Numbered from the stretch's first letter, positions 39,303 to 49,823 are shown. The stretch: 64,000 bases of DNA from Spirochaetia bacterium (GCA_963668315.1 OY764216.1:1632001-1696000); one strand, 5' to 3'. The notes: generated by a model from the sequence alone, not told the origin. Translations and numbers: made by a program.

Positions 39303-39334
39303 GCTAGCGTGTCTACCAATTCCACCACTACCGC
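39251..39334 (-). tRNA. tRNA-Leu(GAG)
   Basis: GCGGTAG acceptor stem, D-loop TTGGTAGAC, anticodon arm CTAGC-TTGAGGG-GCTAG, long variable arm GGTC-GCAA-GACC, T-loop GTTCAAGT; CCA not encoded. Confidence 0.97.
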
Positions 39335-39350
39335 TTGCAAACGCTCGATG

Positions 39351-39379
39351 ATATTACAAAACCGCAGAAGTTTTGTCAA
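39351..39379 (-). promoter_or_regulatory. tRNA promoter TTGACA-17-TAATAT
   Basis: Consensus spacing, 16 nt upstream of the tRNA. Confidence 0.75.
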
Positions 39380-39393
39380 CTACTTCGGCGAAA

Positions 39394-40746
39394 TTATTTT
39401 AACCGGATATTTACCGATTCCGCATGGGCTGTCAGACCTTCACTCTGGGCCAGGGTATTTATGTGTTTCTGCGCTTCGGCCAGCCCTTTTTTCGTGTATT
39501 GGATCAGGCTGGATGTCTTGATAAAATCGTTGGATGTCAAGCCGGAAAAGAAGCGGCTCGTTCCCCCCGTGGGCAGAACATGGCTCGGCCCGGCGAAGTA
39601 GTCTCCCGAGGCAACCGGCGTCTCCGAACCCAGGAAGATCGCTCCCGCATTGCGGATGCCTTTCAGGGTTTCCTGCGGATCGGCCGTTACGATTTCCAGG
39701 TGTTCGGGGCAGAAGATATTGCTCAGCTCCACCGCCCGGTTCATATCGGGGGTGACGATGATCAGACTGTACCGGTCTATGGCCTCGCCGATCTCCTTTG
39801 AACGGGAGAGGCTGGGCAGGAGCCGGTCCACTTCCTCGTTGACACGGTCAGCCAGTTCCCGGCTGTCGGTCATAAGGATCGCGCTGCCGGGAAAATGTTC
39901 CGCCTGGGAGAAAAGGTCCATGGCCACATTTGCCGGGTTGGCCGAATTATCCGCCAGTATGCCGATCTCCGAAGGTCCGGCGAAGAAGTCGATATCCACG
40001 TGGCCGTATAGCTTCTGCTTGGCCATTGTCACGAACAGATTACCCGGTCCGACAATCTTGTCCACCCTGGGGACCGATGCGGTTCCCAGGGCCATGGCGG
40101 CGATGGCGGGTACTCCGCCGATCTTGAAAATCCGGTCCACGCCGGCGATTTTCGCCGCTGCCAGCAGAGCGGGGGAGAGGCTGCCGTCCTTCCGTGAAGG
40201 GGTAAACATAATGATTTCTTTCACGCCGGCGGTCCGGGCCAGAACGGCCGTCATCAGGACAGAGCTGCACAGGGGGGTCTCGCCTCCGATGCCGCCGGGG
40301 ATATAGATCCCCACCCGTTCCATGGGAGTGACCTTAATCCCCCGCATCACCCCGTCTTTTTCCAGGGGAGGGACGCCTTTATAAAGTATATGGCTCTGGT
40401 ATTCGGCGATATTGGCCGCCGCCTTTTCCAGGGCCTCCACTAAAGACTTGTCCACATGATCAAAAGCTTCGGCCGTCATGGCCGGATCGGATTCGAAGAC
40501 GCCCTCTGCGAAATGGGCGCCGTCCAGTTCCTTTGCGTAATGGAGAACCGCCTTGTCGCCGTCGGCTTTGACATCGGCTATGATCCTGTCCACAACCTGT
40601 GACGGGACCAGGGGTACTCCGAAGACCTTTTCGGTCAGGGCGGATGACTTGGAGGAGACAATCCCCTCGGTCACGCTGAGTTTCTTCCGTAATTCTTCCA
40701 CTTCAGGGGGAAGACTGGTATTATCGCATTGAACTATCTTGATCAT
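39394..40746 (-). CDS. hisD: Histidinol dehydrogenase
   Basis: VGIYIPGG, KIVGPGN, IDFFAGPSE, SQAEH, PEHLEI, GDYFAGPSHVLPT; start 40746 or 40761. Confidence 0.95.
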   Translation of the reverse strand: MIKIVQCDNTSLPPEVEELRKKLSVTEGIVSSKSSALTEKVFGVPLVPSQVVDRIIADVKADGDKAVLHYAKELDGAHFAEGVFESDPAMTAEAFDHVDKSLVEALEKAAANIAEYQSHILYKGVPPLEKDGVMRGIKVTPMERVGIYIPGGIGGETPLCSSVLMTAVLARTAGVKEIIMFTPSRKDGSLSPALLAAAKIAGVDRIFKIGGVPAIAAMALGTASVPRVDKIVGPGNLFVTMAKQKLYGHVDIDFFAGPSEIGILADNSANPANVAMDLFSQAEHFPGSAILMTDSRELADRVNEEVDRLLPSLSRSKEIGEAIDRYSLIIVTPDMNRAVELSNIFCPEHLEIVTADPQETLKGIRNAGAIFLGSETPVASGDYFAGPSHVLPTGGTSRFFSGLTSNDFIKTSSLIQYTKKGLAEAQKHINTLAQSEGLTAHAESVNIRLK

Positions 40747-40805
40747 ACCTAGATTAAACATGTTAAAATAGAGTTAGTCAATTGCATTATATAAGAGGAG
40801 TCTTT

Positions 40806-41972
40806 ATGGCATCATTAAAATTACGTTACGGCTGTAATCCCCATCAGTCCACAGCTTCAATTTCCGCTTCGGGCAATCTTCCGGTGGAAGTTCTCAACGG
40901 TTCTCCCGGCTACATTAATTTCCTTGATGCCCTGAACTCCTGGCAGCTGGTTAAGGAACTGAAAGAGGCTTCCGGTCGTACGGCCGCCGCCTCCTTCAAG
41001 CATGTCAGTCCCGCCGGCGCCGCCCTGGCCGCCCCTCTTTCCGAGGAAATGAGAAAAGTCTGCCAGCTGGGAAGTTTGGAGCTTTCTCCTTCGGCTCAGG
41101 CCTATGCCCTGGCCCGGGGAGGTGACAGAATGTCGTCCTTCGGCGACTGGGCGGCCTTAAGCGATGAGGTGGACGAGGCTACGGCATTGATTATCAAGCG
41201 GGAGGTTTCCGACGGCGTGATTGCCCCGGGCTATACCCCCGAGGCTCTGGAGATTCTCCGAGCCAAAAAAGGCGGCAAGTACAATGTGGTGAAAATCGAT
41301 CCTTCCTACGAGCCGGCCGAACAGGAAGTACGTTCGGTATTCGGCGTCACTTTCGAGCAGACCCGCAACGCCCGTATCATGACAAAGGACGACCTGAACA
41401 ATATCGTGACCGCCAAGAAGGATCTTACCGATGCGGTCAAAGACGATCTGGTCCTGGCCATGATCACTTTGAAATATACCCAGTCCAACTCGGTCTGTTA
41501 TGTGAAAAACGGCCAGGTCATCGGCGTGGGAGCGGGGCAGCAGTCCCGAATCCACTGTACCCGTCTGGCCGGTGACAAAGCGGATATCTGGTATCTGCGG
41601 CAGCATCCCAAAGCCCTGGCTCTTCCCTTCCGCAAGGGATTGTCCCGGCCGGAGAAGGACAACGCCATTGATCTCTATCTCCGGGACGATATTACTCCGG
41701 TCGAGAGGAAATTCTGGCGGGAAGCCTTCTATCGCGAACCGGAAGTCCTGACCCGCGAGGAGAAGGCCGAATGGATCGCTTCGAACAGGGGAGTTTCCCT
41801 GGGATCGGACGCCTTCTTCCCCTTCAGGGACAATATCGACCGGGCGGCCCGCAGCGGTGTTGAGTTTATTGTTCAGCCCGGCGGTTCGGTCCGTGACGAC
41901 GGGGTCATCGAAGCCTGTGACGAATACGGCATGGTCATGGCCTGTACGGGAATTCGTCTTTTTCATCATTAA
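40806..41972 (+). CDS. purH: AICAR formyltransferase (short PurH lacking the IMP cyclohydrolase domain)
   Basis: LRYGCNPHQ, SFKHVSPAG, KYTQSNSV, GAGQQSRIHC, SDAFFPF, QPGGS, RLFHH. Confidence 0.9.
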   Translation: MASLKLRYGCNPHQSTASISASGNLPVEVLNGSPGYINFLDALNSWQLVKELKEASGRTAAASFKHVSPAGAALAAPLSEEMRKVCQLGSLELSPSAQAYALARGGDRMSSFGDWAALSDEVDEATALIIKREVSDGVIAPGYTPEALEILRAKKGGKYNVVKIDPSYEPAEQEVRSVFGVTFEQTRNARIMTKDDLNNIVTAKKDLTDAVKDDLVLAMITLKYTQSNSVCYVKNGQVIGVGAGQQSRIHCTRLAGDKADIWYLRQHPKALALPFRKGLSRPEKDNAIDLYLRDDITPVERKFWREAFYREPEVLTREEKAEWIASNRGVSLGSDAFFPFRDNIDRAARSGVEFIVQPGGSVRDDGVIEACDEYGMVMACTGIRLFHH

Positions 41973-41996
41973 AATCAGTAACGGGGACGGGAGATT

Positions 41997-43208
41997 ATGG
42001 AAAAAAAACGCTCGCTGGCCGGTATGGGCAACTATGCCTATTTTCTGGCGGCCATGCTGCTTTTCGGGGCGGCTTCGGGGCTTTTGAGGGGTATTCAGGA
42101 TAACTATCTGGCGGAAGTCCTGAATATTGAACCTTTTCTCAGAGGTGTGGTGGAGTTTTTCCGGGAACTTCCCGGTCTCCTCCTTCTGCTGATACTGGCG
42201 CTCTTCTACCGGACGCCGGAGAACCGGATTCTCAAGTACGCCCTCATGATCGCCCTTGTCGGGATATTCGGACTGATGACGGCGGGGACAAACCGGCTGG
42301 TATTCGTGATCTTCCTGACCCTCTGGAGCGCCGGGGAGCATATTCTCATGCCCGTGCGGCAGTCATACGCCGTCCATGCCTCGGAAAAGGGGAAGGAGGG
42401 AGCGTCTCTGGGCATGGTCAGCAGTCTGGGAAACATCGGACAGGTCGGCGGGTTCTTCATCGTGCCCCTGATCTTTCTGCTTTTCAGCAGGGGCGAAGGT
42501 GACCTGAGGGCTTTCCGCATCGTCATCGCCCTTCTGGCCCTGGTCATCGCGGCCGCCCTGGTCCTTTCTTTGCGCCTGAAAGAGCAGACCGGCCATGTGA
42601 AAAGACAGCGGCTTTTTTTCAGCCGTCGCTACAGCAAATACTATTTTCTTCAGGTCTTCTACGGAGGCAGAAAACAGATATTCCTGACCTTCGCCCCCTA
42701 TGTCCTGATTCTCAACTACGGGGCATCCACCGAGCTTATCGCCTCTCTTCTGGGAATCTGTTCGGTCATCAACATCTTTTTCACACCCATTATCGGGCGG
42801 ATTATAGACAGAATGGGCTACAAGATGGTGATGGTCCTGGATACGGTCTTTCTCTTTTTCGTCTGCCTTATCTACGGATTCGCCCATCGGCTCTTTACTG
42901 CGGATGTCGCGTTTTTTGTCGTATGCGGCGCTTTCATTCTCGACTCCATGATTTCCAACGCTTCCATGGCGACCAGTGTCTATTTAAGCCGGATCAGTCC
43001 GGACAGGGAAGAGATGACTTCCACCATCTCCACGGGTATCTCCATCAATCACTTCATCAGTGTGGCTATCGCCCTGGCTGGCGGTGCGATCTGGGAAAGC
43101 CTCGGCATAGAACTGCTCTTTATTCTGGCTTCGGTCATGGCTGTCTGCAACAGTCTTTTCGCCCTGACCATTCCCTCCCGGGAGGAAACGATGAAAGAGG
43201 CTGTCTGA
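41997..43208 (+). CDS. MFS transporter
   Basis: About 12 TM helices; GRIIDRMG. Confidence 0.82.
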   Translation: MEKKRSLAGMGNYAYFLAAMLLFGAASGLLRGIQDNYLAEVLNIEPFLRGVVEFFRELPGLLLLLILALFYRTPENRILKYALMIALVGIFGLMTAGTNRLVFVIFLTLWSAGEHILMPVRQSYAVHASEKGKEGASLGMVSSLGNIGQVGGFFIVPLIFLLFSRGEGDLRAFRIVIALLALVIAAALVLSLRLKEQTGHVKRQRLFFSRRYSKYYFLQVFYGGRKQIFLTFAPYVLILNYGASTELIASLLGICSVINIFFTPIIGRIIDRMGYKMVMVLDTVFLFFVCLIYGFAHRLFTADVAFFVVCGAFILDSMISNASMATSVYLSRISPDREEMTSTISTGISINHFISVAIALAGGAIWESLGIELLFILASVMAVCNSLFALTIPSREETMKEAV

Positions 43209-43262
43209 GGATGAGGTTTTTCTGCATGCAGGACCGTCTTCTTTATGCTATAATATTGTGAT

Positions 43263-44975
43263 ATGAGATTATTCCGCCCTCTGCTGCTCCTTCCCTTTCT
43301 TCTTCTGCTCTCGGCCTGTTCTTCCAGACAGGTCCCGGAAGATATTCTTCTTACCAAGGGGAAACTGGAGCTCTCATGGGAAGACATGGAACGGTCCTCC
43401 CTCTTCAAAGTGAGGGGGAATGCCGGATTCTACTGGGGCCAGTTCATAGACCCGTCCCAGCCGCCTCCCATGACGGAGTACACCGAAGTTTCCGAGGACT
43501 GGGGGGGCGTTTATCCCGAACAGGGCGACGCGAGCATCAGGGTCATCATTGAGAAGGATCCCCTTATCGACGAGATAGCCCTCTCCTTTACTTCCGTCTG
43601 GTGTTCCTACCGCATGTACATTAACGGGGATCTCGTCGCCGAGGCGGGCAATCCGGCGCTCGATCCCGGACGGCGGCAGCTCTATCTGCACAGGAAGGAC
43701 GTGATTACCTATACGGGCAGCTCGGACACCCTGGATATCGTCTACCACATCTCAAATCCCTATTATCACCGCAACGGGGTCAAACAGCTGAAAATCGGTA
43801 CGGATAAGGCCATAAGGGATGATTTTTTCTGGGACCTTTTTTCCGACTGTCTGATACTGGGAATCCTCCTGGCCATGACGGCCTATCATTTTATCATGGC
43901 CGCTTCCAAGACAAACCGGACCTATATCATGTTTTTCGCCCTGCTGACCCTGACCATTACCTACCGCTACTTTACCGTGTCCTCCCGTCTGGTTTTTGAC
44001 GTCTTTCCCAATTTGAGCATGATCTCCTACGACAGGCTGCAGAGACTGGGGATTTATCCGATAGCCGGATTCTTTATCTCCTATCTCTACCATCTCTATC
44101 CCCATATCGGACGTAAGTCTCTCGTGAGGATTATACAGATCGCCTCCCTCGTCTTTTCCGTTCTCTCCTTCTTCGTCTCCCCGAAGATGGTCTCGGGGGC
44201 TCTTTTCACGGCTTTCTATCCTGTTTTCATCCTAACCGTGCTTTACGGGATATATGTGATTGCCATCGCCATGATTAAAAGGGAGGAGGACGCCTTTCCC
44301 ATGGCGGCGGGGATCATGCTTCTTGTGGGAACGGCCGTCTTTGATATGGTCCTCGACAGGGATCTTCTGCCCTCCCATTTCGTCTACCAGATGGATAAGG
44401 GAATGATCGGCTTCATTTTCGTGCAGGCCTATATTATCACCCTTAGGATCAACCGGGCCTATGAGAACGAGAAACGGTTCCGGGAAGCCCTTCAGGGTGT
44501 GCAGAGCCGGCTGGAATTAACCGTGGAGGGGGGACAGCTGGGGCTGATTGAATGGGATATTGTTCATAATACCTGGTTCCTCAACGATATCTTTGCCGAA
44601 ATGATCGGTTTTAGAAAGGACCACCATATTTTCAGCCGGCGACACTGGCTGGATCTGGTCCATCCCGATGATCTGAAAGAGATCGACACCCTGCTCAAGG
44701 GAGCCCTCTCTGGCAAAATCGGCAATTTCAGAAAAGAGTACAGGATCAGAATGCACGGCGGCAGTTACCGCTGGTGTCTCCTCCTGGGAAAGGTCATACA
44801 GCAGAATCGTCTGGGCGGCGCCGAATGGTTTGTGGGGCTCCATATCGATGTCAGTGATAAAAAGCGCAATGAGGAAGCCCTCTCGCAGATAATTGAAGCC
44901 GATAAGAGCGGCCTGGAGGAAGCCCGCGACAAGGCGGAACAGCTTCTCCGGGGAGAGCTGAATCAGGATTCGTAA
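43263..44975 (+). CDS. 7TM-DISM-like receptor with PAS domain and no output domain
   Basis: Lipobox-like start, extracellular beta domain (FYWGQF, YRMYINGD), about 7 TM, PAS (W..LVHPDD, EYRIR...YRW). Confidence 0.75.
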   Translation: MRLFRPLLLLPFLLLLSACSSRQVPEDILLTKGKLELSWEDMERSSLFKVRGNAGFYWGQFIDPSQPPPMTEYTEVSEDWGGVYPEQGDASIRVIIEKDPLIDEIALSFTSVWCSYRMYINGDLVAEAGNPALDPGRRQLYLHRKDVITYTGSSDTLDIVYHISNPYYHRNGVKQLKIGTDKAIRDDFFWDLFSDCLILGILLAMTAYHFIMAASKTNRTYIMFFALLTLTITYRYFTVSSRLVFDVFPNLSMISYDRLQRLGIYPIAGFFISYLYHLYPHIGRKSLVRIIQIASLVFSVLSFFVSPKMVSGALFTAFYPVFILTVLYGIYVIAIAMIKREEDAFPMAAGIMLLVGTAVFDMVLDRDLLPSHFVYQMDKGMIGFIFVQAYIITLRINRAYENEKRFREALQGVQSRLELTVEGGQLGLIEWDIVHNTWFLNDIFAEMIGFRKDHHIFSRRHWLDLVHPDDLKEIDTLLKGALSGKIGNFRKEYRIRMHGGSYRWCLLLGKVIQQNRLGGAEWFVGLHIDVSDKKRNEEALSQIIEADKSGLEEARDKAEQLLRGELNQDS

Positions 44976-45004
44976 AAAAAAGCTCCCGCCGGGTTGACGG
45001 GAGC
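44974..45004 (-). terminator. Terminator of xylBA
   Basis: gctcccg...cgggagc hairpin with A7 on the plus strand. Confidence 0.7.
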
Positions 45005-45012
45005 CTCAGAAA

Positions 45013-46344
45013 TCAGCTGAACATCACCTTGTTGATAATGTTCTCGTACTTCTCCTGTTTTCCGCTTATCGCCTTGGCCTTGGCATAGTCTGCTTCGGCT
45101 GCCAGCTGGTCCAGGCTCATCTTGCCTTCTTCAAAATCCTTTCCCTTCCCGCTGTCGAAAGAGCTGTATCTCTCTTTGACCATCGCAGGGATGGAGGTGC
45201 TGTTAAGAATCGTCCAGGCCTTTTCCAGTCCAAGAGCGAAAGCGTCCATTCCGCCTATGTGGGCCAGGAAGAGATCGTCCGTGTCGGTGGAGTTTCTCCT
45301 TATCTTAGCATCAAAGTTCAGACCGCCCGTGACGAATCCGCCCGACTTGAGGATGGACACCATCGCTTCGGTCGTATCATACACGTCTGAGGGGAACTGG
45401 TCCGTATCCCAGCCGTTCTGATAGTCGCCCCGGTTGGCGTCAACACTTCCGAAGAGTCCTTCGGCCCGGGCTACTTCCAGCTCATGGGCAAAGGTGTGCT
45501 GTGCCAAAGTGGCATGGTTCGCTTCGATATTCAGCCTGAAGTCCTTGTCCAGACCGTACTTTCTGAGGAATCCGGCCACCGTGTGGGAGTCGAAGTCATA
45601 CTGATGCTTGGAGGGCTCCATGGGCTTGGGTTCGATAAGGAAAGGACCGGTAAAACCGATCTTGCGTCCGTAGTCCCGGGCCATGGTCAGAAAACGGGCC
45701 ATATGGTCCAGTTCGCGTCCCATTTCGGTATTCCAGAGGCTCATATAGCCTTCCCGGCCGCCCCAGAAAACGTAGTTCTCACCGCCCAGTTTCACCGTGG
45801 CGTCCAGAGCCGCTTTGACCTGGGCGCCCACATTGGCTACCACATTGAAGTCGGGGTTGGTGGCGGCGCCGTTCATATAGCGGGGATGGGAGAAGGCGTT
45901 GGCCGTAGCCCAGAGAAGCTTCATGCCCGTGGCGTCCTGACGCTCTTTGGCCATATCGGTAATCTTAACCAGATTCGCTTCGGATTCGGCTACCGTGGCC
46001 CCTTCGGGTGCGATGTCCCGGTCGTGGAAACAGTAGTAGGGAGCGCCCATCTTCGTAAAGAACTCAAAGGCCGCGTCCAGTTTGTCCTTGGCCGCTTCCA
46101 TGGGATCTGCCTTTTCGTCCCAGGGCATATCCCGCGTGGCTGCGCCGAAGGGATCGGCATTGCCGGCGCAGAAAGAGTGCCAGTAGGCGATGGCGAAACG
46201 CAGATGGTCTTTCATCGTCTTGCCGCCGATGACCTTGTTCTCATCGTAAAATTTGAAGGCCAGGGGGTTGTCGCTCGCAGGTCCTTCGTAACCGATTTTG
46301 CCGATTCCGGGGAAATACTCCCGGTTTCCCGTAAAATAACTCAT
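45013..46344 (-). CDS. xylA: Xylose isomerase (class II)
   Basis: [42 protein letters not shown]. Confidence 0.97.
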   Translation of the reverse strand: MSYFTGNREYFPGIGKIGYEGPASDNPLAFKFYDENKVIGGKTMKDHLRFAIAYWHSFCAGNADPFGAATRDMPWDEKADPMEAAKDKLDAAFEFFTKMGAPYYCFHDRDIAPEGATVAESEANLVKITDMAKERQDATGMKLLWATANAFSHPRYMNGAATNPDFNVVANVGAQVKAALDATVKLGGENYVFWGGREGYMSLWNTEMGRELDHMARFLTMARDYGRKIGFTGPFLIEPKPMEPSKHQYDFDSHTVAGFLRKYGLDKDFRLNIEANHATLAQHTFAHELEVARAEGLFGSVDANRGDYQNGWDTDQFPSDVYDTTEAMVSILKSGGFVTGGLNFDAKIRRNSTDTDDLFLAHIGGMDAFALGLEKAWTILNSTSIPAMVKERYSSFDSGKGKDFEEGKMSLDQLAAEADYAKAKAISGKQEKYENIINKVMFS

Positions 46345-46359
46345 ATAAATACCTCCGAT

Positions 46360-47853
46360 TTAACTGAAGAGCCCGGAAAGGGCTTTCACATAGGATTCGT
46401 AAACTTTGTAAGTTTCCCGGTAAGCGGGAACATCCTTTTGATCAGGTTCGTAAATTCTCTCTTCGTCCAGGGTGATGTGCTCCTTCGTCAGCTGGGCAAT
46501 GGACACGGAATTATCCGAGGACGACTTGAGCATCCAGAGGGCCTGAAGGGCCGAACCGAGGGCGGCGGCTTCCTTTCCCGTGGGAATGCGAACGGTACAC
46601 TCCAGAATATCCGCCGTCATCTGGCTCCAGAAGGGACTGTTGGCTCCGCCGCCGATCAGCCGGATCTCCCGGGGGTTGAATCCCAGCTCCCTGAAGCTGT
46701 CCAGGCCGGTTTTCAGGCCGAAGATGGAGGCTTCCATGGAGGAGCGGCACACATTGGCCTGGGTGAAGTTCAGGTTGTTCAGACCCACGACGCATCCCTT
46801 TCCGTGGGGAAAGTTGGGAACCCGCTCGCCGTTGTAGAAGGGCAGGGTAATGACCCCTTCCGATCCGGCGGGAGCTTCCTGCGCCTTATCTTCCAGTTCC
46901 CGGACCGACTGGCTCAGGAAGTCACGGGTCAGCTCGGTGGAGACGGTGCAGTTCATGGTGCAGAGCAGGGGAAGCCACCCCCCCGTGGAAGAACAGAAAG
47001 AAGCCAGCCGTCCTTCCGGGTCTATAACGGGGCTGTCCGAATAGCCGTAAAGGGTCCCGGACGTTCCCAGACTGGCGGTGATGATGCCCTCTTCCACGGC
47101 GCCCGTTCCGATGGCGCCCATCATATTGTCCCCTCCGCCGGAAGAGACGGGTATGCCGGCTGGCAGGCCCAGCTCGGCCGCCCGGTCGGACTGGAGAATC
47201 CCGCAGGGTTTGTCCGCTTCGATCAGTCCGGGGAGGCAGGGCGTCAGATCCCTGTCCGGATCCAGAACCTTGATCATCGATTCATCCCATTTTCTTTTGG
47301 CTATGTTCAGAAGTCCCGTTCCCGAGGCGTCGCCGTACTCCATGGAGTATTCGCCGGTCAGCCACCAGTTCAGGTAGTCGTGGGGCAGAAGGATATGGGC
47401 CATCTGGGCATAAAGGTCGGGATGGTGGTTTTTCAGCCAGAGGATCTTGGAGATGGTGTATCCCGGGGGCAGCAGGTTTCCCGGTCCCTTCAGAAGTTTC
47501 TCCTCCCCGCCGTAGGCGTCGGTCAGGCAGGTGCATTCATAGGCCGAAGAGGTGTCGCACCAGAGCTTGACCGCATAAAGGACGTTTCCGTCCTTGTCCA
47601 TGGGAACAAATCCGTGCTGCTGGCCGGAGACGCCGATCGCTTCCACGGTCTTCTTGGCATCCTCGGGAAGCTGGGAAAGGCAATCCTTCAGCGCATCTAT
47701 CCACCAGTCGGCCCGCTGCTCCCTTGTGCCGTCCGATTCACTGATCAGCTCGTGGGAGCTCTGGCCCACGGCGACAATCTTTTTATTTTCGTAATCATAG
47801 ATGACAACCTTGGTACTCTGGGTACCGTTGTCTATGCCCATGACGGTTTTCAT
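46360..47853 (-). CDS. xylB: Xylulokinase
   Basis: GIDNGTQSTK, SGQQHG, GDASGT, GGGDN, SLGTSGT, GERVP. Confidence 0.95.
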   Translation of the reverse strand: MKTVMGIDNGTQSTKVVIYDYENKKIVAVGQSSHELISESDGTREQRADWWIDALKDCLSQLPEDAKKTVEAIGVSGQQHGFVPMDKDGNVLYAVKLWCDTSSAYECTCLTDAYGGEEKLLKGPGNLLPPGYTISKILWLKNHHPDLYAQMAHILLPHDYLNWWLTGEYSMEYGDASGTGLLNIAKRKWDESMIKVLDPDRDLTPCLPGLIEADKPCGILQSDRAAELGLPAGIPVSSGGGDNMMGAIGTGAVEEGIITASLGTSGTLYGYSDSPVIDPEGRLASFCSSTGGWLPLLCTMNCTVSTELTRDFLSQSVRELEDKAQEAPAGSEGVITLPFYNGERVPNFPHGKGCVVGLNNLNFTQANVCRSSMEASIFGLKTGLDSFRELGFNPREIRLIGGGANSPFWSQMTADILECTVRIPTGKEAAALGSALQALWMLKSSSDNSVSIAQLTKEHITLDEERIYEPDQKDVPAYRETYKVYESYVKALSGLFS

Positions 47854-47978
47854 AAATCCCTCCTGGTCAATACCGGCAATGATTTCACTTTATAGCCACT
47901 ATTCCCCCAAAAGAATGGATAGAATAGATAAAACTTATAAAAAATTGACATGGGAAGACAGTCAGGTTATGATGGGCC

Positions 47979-48809
47979 ATGGCGCTCATTGATTTCCGTG
48001 ATGTTGTTTTTGTATACCACATGCATGATGAGAAGGACAAACGCTGGCACGGGCGTTATCACAGTCATAATCCCCGGGAGTATGAACTTCACTATTTCAT
48101 CCAGGGAGAGGGACATTTCTACTCGGGGGAAACCTACGCCATTCATCCCGGTTCCCTTTTCATCTCTCCCCCGGGCGAGTCCCATCAGATCCGTGTCTCC
48201 GATATGGATAATCCTCTTTCCTATTATGCCATTCTTTTTGAGATCGATCTGAACGACAGGGAAGTCTGCTCTCTCATGGAGTCGCTCAGGCAGACGAAGC
48301 ACCGCATCATAGGGGCGAATTTCCGGTTTTTCTTTGAAGAAGTCAGGGAGAAGGCCCTGTCCGTCGATTTCTGGCGGCATAAGTCGGCCATGCATCAGTT
48401 CGTCTCCTTCCTTTATCTTCTCAATTCGGAAAAAGGGGATTTCCACTACGGGGACGAGCGAAACCGCCATATAGAGAGGGCTTTGAAGATCATGCAGGAA
48501 AATGTTTTCCGCGATCTGGATCTGGGGGACCTCGCCCGGCGGCTAAATCTCTCCGAAAGCTATTTCATCCGGCTCTTCAAAGAGAAAATAAAAATGACCC
48601 CCATGAAATACTTCACCCGCCTGAAGGTCGAAGCGGCGTCCTCCCTGCTGAGCAGCACCGATCTTACCAGCGCCGCCATAGCGGAAAGGCTGAATTTCTA
48701 TTCGGAATTTCATTTCTCCCGGGTATTCAAACAGTATACGTCCTATTCTCCCCGGGCCTACCGCCAAAGGTTCCTCACCGCGGGCGATGAGGCTCAGGAA
48801 TTCAGGTAG
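47979..48809 (+). CDS. AraC-family regulator of the xylose genes
   Basis: Cupin domain plus double HTH; divergent from xylB; promoter TTGACA-17-TATGAT at 47945-47973. Confidence 0.88.
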   Translation: MALIDFRDVVFVYHMHDEKDKRWHGRYHSHNPREYELHYFIQGEGHFYSGETYAIHPGSLFISPPGESHQIRVSDMDNPLSYYAILFEIDLNDREVCSLMESLRQTKHRIIGANFRFFFEEVREKALSVDFWRHKSAMHQFVSFLYLLNSEKGDFHYGDERNRHIERALKIMQENVFRDLDLGDLARRLNLSESYFIRLFKEKIKMTPMKYFTRLKVEAASSLLSSTDLTSAAIAERLNFYSEFHFSRVFKQYTSYSPRAYRQRFLTAGDEAQEFR

Positions 48810-49732
48810 TCCTTTAGCATTTCATCCTTTGTGGGGGGATTCGCTCCCGACCGGCTGCAGTTAATTCCGGCGGCTTTATTGGCATATTCTCCCAGTTTTT
48901 CAAGCTCTTCTCGGGATAATCGGGCTATCGCTTTTTTATCAAACCACCCGTTTTCATGGAAATAGGCCAGTATGGCGCCGTGGAACGTATCTCCCGCGCC
49001 GATAGTATCCGCCACGGGAAGATCGTAAAGGGGACTTCTTACGCTTACCGATCCGGTTACGAGCCGCGCCCCTTTTTTCCCTTCCGTCAGGGCGATCAGG
49101 GCGATACCGGAATCGAGGAGGGTCCCAAGAGCTTTTTCTACGGGTATCCCGGGATAGAGCCACTCCAGATCCTCATCGCTCAGTTTAATTAAGGTGCTGA
49201 TTTTACACAGATTCAGAAAGCGGTTCATGTAGATGTTCCGGTCATGCACGAGGGAAGGTCTGATGTTGGGATCGAAGGAGAGCAGGTAGTTTTTCCCCTT
49301 TTCCAGCAGAAATTTTTCGATAGTTGATCCGCAGGGTTCCTGAGAGAGGGATATGGAGCCGAAGTGAATAATCCGTGTCTCCCCGGGAAGGGAAATTGAG
49401 TCCATTTCGTCGGCCGGCCAGTTTCTGTCGGCGGCTCCGCTGGAAAAAAAGGCATACCGGGCCTGCCCGTCCGGCTGTTTGCTGACGAAGGAGAGTGTCG
49501 TGGGATCGTCCGATCTTAACGCAATATCCGTTCCTACTCCGTTTTTCCTCAGATAATCGAGCAACTGCTCCCCGAACATATCCCGGCTCACCCGCCCCAG
49601 ATACCGGCAGGAGACTCCCAGCCGCGAGACGGCGACCGCCGTGTTGTAAGGCGATCCGCCGGGAAAGCCCTTGAATTCCAGATCGTCCTGGCTGATAAAA
49701 TCGATTAGTGCTTCTCCGAGACTTACTATCAT
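48794..49732 (-). CDS. PfkB-family carbohydrate kinase (fructokinase-like)
   Basis: GEALID, PGGSPYN, FDPNIRP, DTIGAGDTF. Confidence 0.92.
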   Translation of the reverse strand: MIVSLGEALIDFISQDDLEFKGFPGGSPYNTAVAVSRLGVSCRYLGRVSRDMFGEQLLDYLRKNGVGTDIALRSDDPTTLSFVSKQPDGQARYAFFSSGAADRNWPADEMDSISLPGETRIIHFGSISLSQEPCGSTIEKFLLEKGKNYLLSFDPNIRPSLVHDRNIYMNRFLNLCKISTLIKLSDEDLEWLYPGIPVEKALGTLLDSGIALIALTEGKKGARLVTGSVSVRSPLYDLPVADTIGAGDTFHGAILAYFHENGWFDKKAIARLSREELEKLGEYANKAAGINCSRSGANPPTKDEMLKDYLNS

Positions 49733-49823
49733 AAAAACTCCTTTGCCCTATAGGCAGGCGGTGAGCCGCCCGACGGCCTTTTCATCTTCTATCCAACCGG
49801 AAGGCTGAGTTCCGGAATCGTCA

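Noticed and set aside
45484..47895. 803-aa plus-strand ORF, and similar long antisense ORFs at 227-1798, 29025-30323 and 41157-42341
   Set aside because: Shadow frames opposite well-supported genes with GC-biased codons; no recognisable motifs
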